A DNA stretch of 64,000 bases from the sequence record LC819008.1; one strand, 5' to 3'. Each line of letters opens with the position of its first letter. The stretch's first letter is position 1. A program made the translations under genes and the position numbers. Shown here one piece after another: positions 57,493 through 64,000 of this stretch. Under the pieces are notes generated by a model, which worked only from the letters and a program-made list of their open reading frames with translations, was not told the DNA's origin and searched no databases.

Positions 57493-58641
57493 TCAATTTG
57501 AAAACAGACTCTTTAACGCAACAATGGCTGCCCCCGCACCCATTACGACAGTGGGAATGAACTTCCACATCTCGGACGAATCCTTTCGTTCAATACTTCT
57601 TTCCTCGTAATAATCCTTCGTTCTTAGTTGGTCGAGTTTCGTCACATGGTCCTCTCGGGCATAGCGACGATTCAACTCATTTTCAAAGTGCCGGACTCTG
57701 CGCTCTTCTTCCTCCAGTTGCGCTTGGAGTTTCTGATTGCGATGTTCCAGTTCCAGTTTTTCCTTGTCTTGCTCAGCTTTCAGATTGCTGGTTTCAGCAG
57801 CCGTCTTCTTGCCTTGCAGATCCAGGTGCTTTAATTCCAAACCGAGCTCAACTTCATGCTCAGGAGCGGTACGGGCCTCGGCGTAAGACCTATACAACCA
57901 CTTTGCTTCGGGCATTTGCTCGGGCGGGATATACTCGACAACATCTTCCACAGGACCTTGTGCAGACGTCATCATCCCCCGATACTTCAGATATACGCCA
58001 TCTCTCTTGAGCGCATTCTTGACAGCATCGATCCGCATGACCTTCCCAAGTAGCCGCATATACCTGGGTCCAATCCTTTCTTGATTATCGATTATCTCGA
58101 CAGACAGACCATTTTCGCCCAGGGTCCTCGTTCCCTTAGGTGCTTTGGTCATCGCCTCGTAACTGAACGGATGCAACGGTATATCATTGTGTCTGGTCGA
58201 TAGAATAATATCTTGCTCGACCAGATAAATGCATCCACCGTTGTCGTTTATCGTCCTCGGCGTTACTTCATAGTCATACCGCATAGCAACGCTATGCGTC
58301 TGATCACGATAAGCCTTGAGAAACAGATCCTCGAAATTCTTCAGATCGTCGCTCTTCGGTCCTTCATGACTTATTAGTCTGTCTCGCACAGAGTGTTTGA
58401 TGTTGTCGGAGAAATACAACTCCTGACGAACGATGAACGCTTGACTAATGCGAGACTGTCGACTAGGCACGTCGACAACCACTCCACTTCTGAACCCCAA
58501 CGAAATCGGTCGCCCGGAATAATTGAGGAACTTGGTATAGAGGGTTACATCGCAGCTTTCGTTAACCGAATGCTGATGGGACGTTGATTCTTTAAGTGGA
58601 ACCGACCAATACGCCGGTTCCATTCCCCGGTCAGAATCCAT
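57493..58641 (-). CDS. Conserved phiKZ-like hypothetical protein with coiled coil and C-terminal hydrophobic segment
   Basis: 382 aa; KDYYEERS...WKFIPTVVMGAGAAIVAL; lies between the capsid and RNAP genes. Confidence 0.7.
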   Translation of the reverse strand: MDSDRGMEPAYWSVPLKESTSHQHSVNESCDVTLYTKFLNYSGRPISLGFRSGVVVDVPSRQSRISQAFIVRQELYFSDNIKHSVRDRLISHEGPKSDDLKNFEDLFLKAYRDQTHSVAMRYDYEVTPRTINDNGGCIYLVEQDIILSTRHNDIPLHPFSYEAMTKAPKGTRTLGENGLSVEIIDNQERIGPRYMRLLGKVMRIDAVKNALKRDGVYLKYRGMMTSAQGPVEDVVEYIPPEQMPEAKWLYRSYAEARTAPEHEVELGLELKHLDLQGKKTAAETSNLKAEQDKEKLELEHRNQKLQAQLEEEERRVRHFENELNRRYAREDHVTKLDQLRTKDYYEERSIERKDSSEMWKFIPTVVMGAGAAIVALKSLFSN

Positions 58642-58769
58642 CTTTTTAACGGTCCTACGTGAATTGGCACATCATCTTAAAATCGTATAAGCAATTATCT
58701 AAAGACGTTGCTTATTCTTCTCAACTTCGATTTAATGATATATTTCTGATTTTTAATAGACAGCATAAG

Positions 58770-58805
58770 CTCCTACTCTCCTAGCTTGCGCTAGGAGAGT
58801 AGGAG
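58770..58805 (-). terminator. Terminator after the major capsid gene
   Basis: ctcctactctcctagc-TTGC-gctaggagagtaggag, 16-bp stem. Confidence 0.8.
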
Positions 58806-58892
58806 ATGTGCTTCTGGTTGGCTACGACAGATCAGTTAATGAACCTGTAGGTACCAGGTTCACTAACACGATCGTAACGCACCGTGATCCCG

Positions 58893-61130
58893 TTAGGGAG
58901 TGGTGGTGTCGTTGTCGAGAAAGGCCGTTGCGTTGGTGACCTCGACACCGAGGACAGCCTGCTGCGACAGCGCTTCTTGCAGGTTCGTCACGGTCAGCAC
59001 GCCGAGGATCGGGCACAGGGGGATGTGACGGAACGACGGGTGAACGATCAGTTCACGCGAGTGGCTGGTACGCGACAGGTTCAGCGCTGCCACGACTTCC
59101 GGCTTGTTCAACATCATGCCGTGGTCGAGCGGGTGCGGAACGCCCGGGTTGTTGCTCGGGTAGCCCAGCGCGATGAAGATCTTGCCACGCACGCGGCTGT
59201 CCGGCGTCCATGCCTTCTCGTACGAGAAGTCGGGACCCATCGTACGCGTATCGCCTTCGACCATGAGGTACTGCGTGAGCACCATGTCCGTACCGAGCTT
59301 GACGACCGGCAGCTGAGCTTCCGTGCCTTCGAGCAGGTTGGCCGCGGCTTGCCAGTTCGACAGCTGCCACAGCTTGTAGGCCATGATCTTGCAGGTGTCG
59401 GTCAGGATTGCCGTGATGTCCGAGTAACGCTCGTGCTGAGCGGTCGTCGTGACGGCCTTCAGCAGGTCGATCGAGACTTCTTGCAGGACCGGTTCGATCA
59501 GGTACGACGAGATGCCCATGATTTCCGGCTGACGGCCGATGACATCCGAGCGCTTCGCGTACTGACGCAGCGTGTCGACTTCCGACAGCAGTTGCGTCAC
59601 AGCCAGGTTCGACTGACGGACCTTGCACAGGTACGACAGAGCGGCTGCGTGCAGTGCGTCTTGCGCATCGCCGTTCGTGATCGGACGTTGCACCGACAGC
59701 GGGCTGCCGAGCGAGACGCCGTAGATCTGGCGATACGTGTTGAAGTCAGCCAGCTGGCCGAGTTCACGCAAGTTGCTGTTCACGCGGCGAACGTCGATGT
59801 CCACGCCGATGATCTTGCCGCCTTCGAGCAGCGTGACCATTGCAGCCTGGCCAGCGTCGGTCACGTCGAGCGACACGCCGTTGATGTTCTTGATCGTGTT
59901 GACGACGATCGAGCCCGTGATGATTTCGTAGGACGAATCTTGCAGGTTGATGTCACCACGGACCGAGAACGACAGCCATGCGGTGTTTGCCGATGCGCCT
60001 TGGAACGCGCCCAGGAGCGTCGATGCTGCGTTGTTGAACAGCGTCGTGTTCGGGCCGATCATTGCCGAGTCCGTCGTGAACTGGAGGTCCATACGACGGG
60101 TTTGGCCTTGCAGGGCTTCCGTGAACTGGTTCAGCGGGCTGTTCGACGTGTCGAAACGGACCACTTCCTTCTTGCTGCCGTCGGCGTTCGAGAACACGAC
60201 GTACACGCCCTTCAGGACGGCACCCGGGTCCAGCGCATCGGTCTGGTCCAGCACGCCCTTCGCGAGTTGCGTGTCGGTCAGAGCCAGGCGGAACAGCGAC
60301 GTGCGGTAGTTCGTCTTCAGCGGAGCCGTCTGGATCGCTTCGCCTTCGTCGGTCGTTGCCGCGTACGGTGCGACCAGCGCCGGATCGACGAATGCATCTG
60401 CCGTCTGAGCGCGCACGACCGGGATGATCTTCAGCGTGTCGTTCTTCAGGATCGTCGCGTCGATTTCAGCGTTGACGATGTTGCGACGGTTGTAGTCCGT
60501 CAGGCGCTTTTCGAGCTCGTAGCGCACTTGATCGTACACGGAAATCAGCGGGATTTCCATTTCGATCGCGTACTGGTCCGGCGACAGGTTCACCGTCTTG
60601 TAGAACATTTCGCCGAAGCGGTTCTGCGTTGCGGTCGCGAGCGCGAAAGCTGCCGTGAAGTTCAGCGTTTCGTCGTTCGGCTTCGTGTCGTACGCTTCCA
60701 TCGAGCGCTGACCGAGCTTGGCCGGATCCAGGCCGCTGTTGTCGGGAATGAACACTTCGAAAGCGTTCGAACCCTTCATGCCCTTCATCGCCACGCGGCG
60801 CGCGAGCGAATCCTTCGGGGCCATGGCCGACGCCAGAGCGAACGACACAGCTTCTTGTTGCTGCGGGGTAATCTTCACGCCGAGCTTGGCGCCGTCCATC
60901 TTGAAGAACGATTCGACGCTGGCTTGCACGTCGCCGAGCATCTTGAACGCGGCTTGTTCGATGTCAGCCGAGAACGACTCGTTCGAGACGAGTGCTTTGC
61001 CGATTGCGGGGTCGTTGCGGAGCGAGCCTTCACGGCTCAGGTGTTCAACCATCTTGAACGCAGCGCCAGCAACATTTACATGTTCCTTGTCTGCATTCTT
61101 GGCGAACTTCGAAGTGGTCACGAAAGACAT
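58893..61130 (-). CDS. Major capsid protein (phiKZ gp120-like)
   Basis: 745 aa, most extreme codon bias in the window, S-x-E sites (VSNE, RSME) in the N-terminal region, GEMFYKTV and HPSFRH motifs; DnaB / small gene / capsid synteny. Confidence 0.88.
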   Translation of the reverse strand: MSFVTTSKFAKNADKEHVNVAGAAFKMVEHLSREGSLRNDPAIGKALVSNESFSADIEQAAFKMLGDVQASVESFFKMDGAKLGVKITPQQQEAVSFALASAMAPKDSLARRVAMKGMKGSNAFEVFIPDNSGLDPAKLGQRSMEAYDTKPNDETLNFTAAFALATATQNRFGEMFYKTVNLSPDQYAIEMEIPLISVYDQVRYELEKRLTDYNRRNIVNAEIDATILKNDTLKIIPVVRAQTADAFVDPALVAPYAATTDEGEAIQTAPLKTNYRTSLFRLALTDTQLAKGVLDQTDALDPGAVLKGVYVVFSNADGSKKEVVRFDTSNSPLNQFTEALQGQTRRMDLQFTTDSAMIGPNTTLFNNAASTLLGAFQGASANTAWLSFSVRGDINLQDSSYEIITGSIVVNTIKNINGVSLDVTDAGQAAMVTLLEGGKIIGVDIDVRRVNSNLRELGQLADFNTYRQIYGVSLGSPLSVQRPITNGDAQDALHAAALSYLCKVRQSNLAVTQLLSEVDTLRQYAKRSDVIGRQPEIMGISSYLIEPVLQEVSIDLLKAVTTTAQHERYSDITAILTDTCKIMAYKLWQLSNWQAAANLLEGTEAQLPVVKLGTDMVLTQYLMVEGDTRTMGPDFSYEKAWTPDSRVRGKIFIALGYPSNNPGVPHPLDHGMMLNKPEVVAALNLSRTSHSRELIVHPSFRHIPLCPILGVLTVTNLQEALSQQAVLGVEVTNATAFLDNDTTTP

Positions 61131-61239
61131 GTTGTATTACCTCTTATTCCTAGGAAAAAGGTTTTCTGGGAAAACGAAAACTACGATTCTGTACAAAACC
61201 GGTTTTGGCAGTGATTACCACCAAACTATTGAGACTGTT

Positions 61240-61881
61240 TTATTTCAAGAGATCCAGTTCGGTGAGATACCATTCGAACCAGTTCGTCTTATGTACCACG
61301 TTCAGGTCGTAGTACTGCTGCAGCTTTTCGACCACGGACCGCAGGATCGACAGGCGCAGCTCTTCTTTGCGGTTGAAAATCACCGGCGACAGAATTCCCT
61401 GATTGAGGGCCACAACAATCAGTTTGCTCGATGCCGAATAAACGCTATAAGATTGATGAAGATCAACCTTGTTAGCCGCCTCTTGCTTGAGGTGATCCAG
61501 AACATACTGGTTCACCAGCTTGAGGCTGTATTCTTTTTTGTCTGCGAGTTCCGAGATCTGGTTCCTCGCATATTTATCTGCTTCAGTTCCGTTGACGGAC
61601 TGCCCGGCTTCTTCCGGGAAGAACCACAGGTAACCGAGACTCTTCGTGTACTTCTGGCGACGGTCCGACACATGCGGGATCGTACCATTAGTCCAGAAAA
61701 TGGAAAGGCCGTCACCGGAGAATGCGTCCAGTGCCACCAGCTGCTCCTGAGTGAACCATTGGCGCATCAGGGAGAAGTTGAGGACATCCTCGATCTTGCC
61801 TTTCTTGGCAAGCTGCCGGTAAGCCCAGTCCGGAATCACCACGACCTGGTCACCAGGATTCACGTTCATGAACAAACTCAT
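61240..61881 (-). CDS. Conserved hypothetical protein (phiKZ gp119 position)
   Basis: 213-aa ORF between the capsid gene and DnaB. Confidence 0.7.
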   Translation of the reverse strand: MSLFMNVNPGDQVVVIPDWAYRQLAKKGKIEDVLNFSLMRQWFTQEQLVALDAFSGDGLSIFWTNGTIPHVSDRRQKYTKSLGYLWFFPEEAGQSVNGTEADKYARNQISELADKKEYSLKLVNQYVLDHLKQEAANKVDLHQSYSVYSASSKLIVVALNQGILSPVIFNRKEELRLSILRSVVEKLQQYYDLNVVHKTNWFEWYLTELDLLK

Positions 61882-61980
61882 GCTCTTCGCCTTTATCCGG
61901 TATGAAAATAAAATAAAAAACTTGCCCGTTCTTATTTGAACGCTGCAACAGAAATCCTACCAATCCAGCAGGTCTAGACA

Positions 61981-63504
61981 ATGACCCCAAGACTTCTTCT
62001 TCTCAAGATCATCACGCTCCTGCACCTCGAATCACAGATCGAAGGTGAGAATGCACGATCGTCTGACTTGGCTACCAGCCTGCTCGCCACCGTCAAAATT
62101 CCTGAGGCCGACGTGGGCCTCATAGACAGTGAACGAGAGATTATTGGCTCGCTCTACAACATATGTCGCAAACTCGCCACCGCTACGCCGGGCGACGAGA
62201 TGGACAAATCAGACCTCCTTCAGGAAGTCCGGTTGCATTGTGGCAGTGAAATCGATCTGTTCGAATCCTTCAAAGAAGGGATCGCGATTGAACTATCACA
62301 AGATGGTCTCAAAAAGCGTGTTGGCTTCATCCGTAAAGAGCTCAAATCGTATCTGCATTACGAGGGTACGAAAAAGCGCATCATGGATGCTGCTCATGCG
62401 CTGCGTTTCAAGGAGAACTCGATTGAAGATATGGACAAGTATCTTCGCGACTTCTCAACTGACATTGAATCATCGCTCAGTAAATCCAGCAAGCAGGACG
62501 AAGCTATTCTCGGCACAATCGACATGGCAGATAAAGAGTCGGTTGTGAAAGCTGCATGTTCCGTGTCAGATGAGCAATCGGGTGCCGGTAAGCTCAAGAC
62601 GCATTTGCAAGATCTGAATGACATGATGAATGGCGGCATGCGCCGTGGTGAATTCGTCTGTACTTCGGCTCTTCCGCACAATAACAAGACCGGCTTTTCG
62701 TTGGACATCTTCGCTGGTGTCGCAATCAACAACGATCCGTATCTGATTGATCCGAAGAAGAAGCCTTTGCTTCTGCGCATCTCGTTCGAAGATGACGTCG
62801 AAATGAACTTCAACCACCTCTATAAGCACTTCTGGGAACAGGAGCATGGCGAGGTGGCAGTGATGGTCGGCAAATCGGAAGACGAAATCGCCCAGTACGT
62901 CATGGACAAGATGACGGCACGTGGCTGGCATGTTCGAATGTACAAGGTTGACCCTTCGATGTGGTCGATCTTCGATCTGTTTGCATTCGTGCGCGATCTG
63001 GAATCGCAGGGTTATGAAATTGCCCTGTGTATGCTGGACTATATGCGGAAGATGCCGACTACGGGCTGCGTACAGGGCATTGCAGGCGCTGACGTCAGAG
63101 ACATGGCTCGTCGTTGCCGTAACTTCTTCAATGCCCGTAAAACGGCGTTTTACACGCCGCACCAGATCTCGACTCAGGCTAAGGAAATCCAACGTTCGGT
63201 GCCTAAGGACTTTGTCAAGATGCTGCCGGGTGGTGGTTACTACGACGGCTGTAAGAGTCTGGACGCAGAAATCGATCTGGAAATCTTCCAGCATATCGAG
63301 AAGCACAATGGTCATTCGTATCTGACCTTGCAGCGTGGCAAGCATCGTAACGCTCCGGTACTGGCAGAAGAACTGAAGTATCTGGTTTACCAATTCTACG
63401 ACATCGGTGGTATTCCTCCTGACATTGGCGGAGAGCGTTCCGGTTTGCGTAAGGTTGGTGGCAAGCGTGCTTCGGAAGCTGAAACCGATTTCGATTGGCT
63501 TTAA
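61981..63504 (+). CDS. dnaB: Replicative DnaB-like helicase (phiKZ gp118-like)
   Basis: GGMRRGE, variant Walker A SALPHNNKTG, ISFED, MLDYM Walker B, TPHQIS, LQRGKHR. Confidence 0.88.
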   Translation: MTPRLLLLKIITLLHLESQIEGENARSSDLATSLLATVKIPEADVGLIDSEREIIGSLYNICRKLATATPGDEMDKSDLLQEVRLHCGSEIDLFESFKEGIAIELSQDGLKKRVGFIRKELKSYLHYEGTKKRIMDAAHALRFKENSIEDMDKYLRDFSTDIESSLSKSSKQDEAILGTIDMADKESVVKAACSVSDEQSGAGKLKTHLQDLNDMMNGGMRRGEFVCTSALPHNNKTGFSLDIFAGVAINNDPYLIDPKKKPLLLRISFEDDVEMNFNHLYKHFWEQEHGEVAVMVGKSEDEIAQYVMDKMTARGWHVRMYKVDPSMWSIFDLFAFVRDLESQGYEIALCMLDYMRKMPTTGCVQGIAGADVRDMARRCRNFFNARKTAFYTPHQISTQAKEIQRSVPKDFVKMLPGGGYYDGCKSLDAEIDLEIFQHIEKHNGHSYLTLQRGKHRNAPVLAEELKYLVYQFYDIGGIPPDIGGERSGLRKVGGKRASEAETDFDWL

Positions 63505-63523
63505 AGCAAAAAAAAATAAGAGT

Positions 63524-63547
63524 CTCTACTCCCTCACGGGAGTAGAG
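63524..63547. terminator. Bidirectional terminator
   Basis: ctctactccc-TCAC-gggagtagag, preceded on + by aaaaaaaaataagagt. Confidence 0.8.
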
Positions 63548-63565
63548 CTCTGGCCTTATGTCGGC

Positions 63566-63952
63566 TTAGTGCAAGTTCGTGCCCATGACTTCATCGGGAA
63601 CGAAATCGCTATAAAGCTTGTCGGCATCCGTCCCAGGTTGGTCCGAATAAACTCGGGAGAAAAGATCCCGATCGTTGACAGACATGAAGCAGGTTCCGGT
63701 AACCATGTCCGACGGATTTTGACTCGAAGCAGGAATCACCGAGAATTCCCACAGATAGCCGAACGACAATCCAGGAGCGCTGGGAAGTCGAGCTTTTCCA
63801 GGAGTGAGCGTCGATGCGACACGGATCGGAACATTCCGACCTTTAGTCACGGCTTCGACGATACTCATGCCGAAATGCATCTGGATTTTCTTGACAGGAG
63901 AGTTCGATGCCTTATTGGAAACGAAATCGATAATCTCCTTCGGATCCGTCAT
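63566..63952 (-). CDS. Hypothetical protein
   Basis: 128-aa ORF convergent with DnaB. Confidence 0.65.
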   Translation of the reverse strand: MTDPKEIIDFVSNKASNSPVKKIQMHFGMSIVEAVTKGRNVPIRVASTLTPGKARLPSAPGLSFGYLWEFSVIPASSQNPSDMVTGTCFMSVNDRDLFSRVYSDQPGTDADKLYSDFVPDEVMGTNLH

Positions 63953-64000
63953 GGTTATTTTCTTTCTGGCGGAGAGAGATGTACCAAGACTCGTCTTGAC

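Noticed and set aside
62215-62232. gttcgaatcc, a tRNA T-loop-like string
   Set aside because: Lies in frame within dnaB with no flanking cloverleaf stems.
62680-62710. DnaB Walker A lacking the canonical GxxGxGKT, suggesting a pseudogene
   Set aside because: The ORF is intact with the other helicase motifs, and a variant Walker A is what I recall for phiKZ-family helicases.

Overview
This 64 kb window comes from a phiKZ-like jumbo myophage (Chimalliviridae-type). The assignment is inferred from a DnaB / major capsid / split RNAP-beta block at the right end, a probable portal and baseplate pair, phiKZ-type tail-tip and SbcC genes, and S-x-E prohead-protease sites. Core functions present are SbcC, RuvC, NAD-dependent ligase, NrdH-NrdA-NrdB (NrdA carries a Gln-terminal mini-intein at the active-site Cys), a muramidase endolysin, a spanin pair and many tail or receptor-binding modules. 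The standout feature is a co-oriented ~12 kb cluster (9810-21769) between tail-fibre genes. It encodes five radical SAM enzymes with SPASM-like Cys clusters, five Fe(II)/2OG oxygenases of three kinds, DHFR, three unknown proteins, and a 186-aa protein ending in CHSS-CHTS-CHGS-RGRR. This looks like a phage-encoded RiPP-style protein or peptide modification system. Other notable items are a family of six lectin-like proteins sharing an N-terminal MLxxxLLxKK tag, a CYTH-domain protein with two S-N-E sites, tandem nucleotidyltransferase cassettes bounded by an identical 48-bp terminator, and a HAD domain lacking its catalytic Asp. No database searches were run; all family calls come from motif recognition, and several starts were moved from the ORF track to better ATG/SD positions. 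No tRNA, rRNA or CRISPR array was seen.
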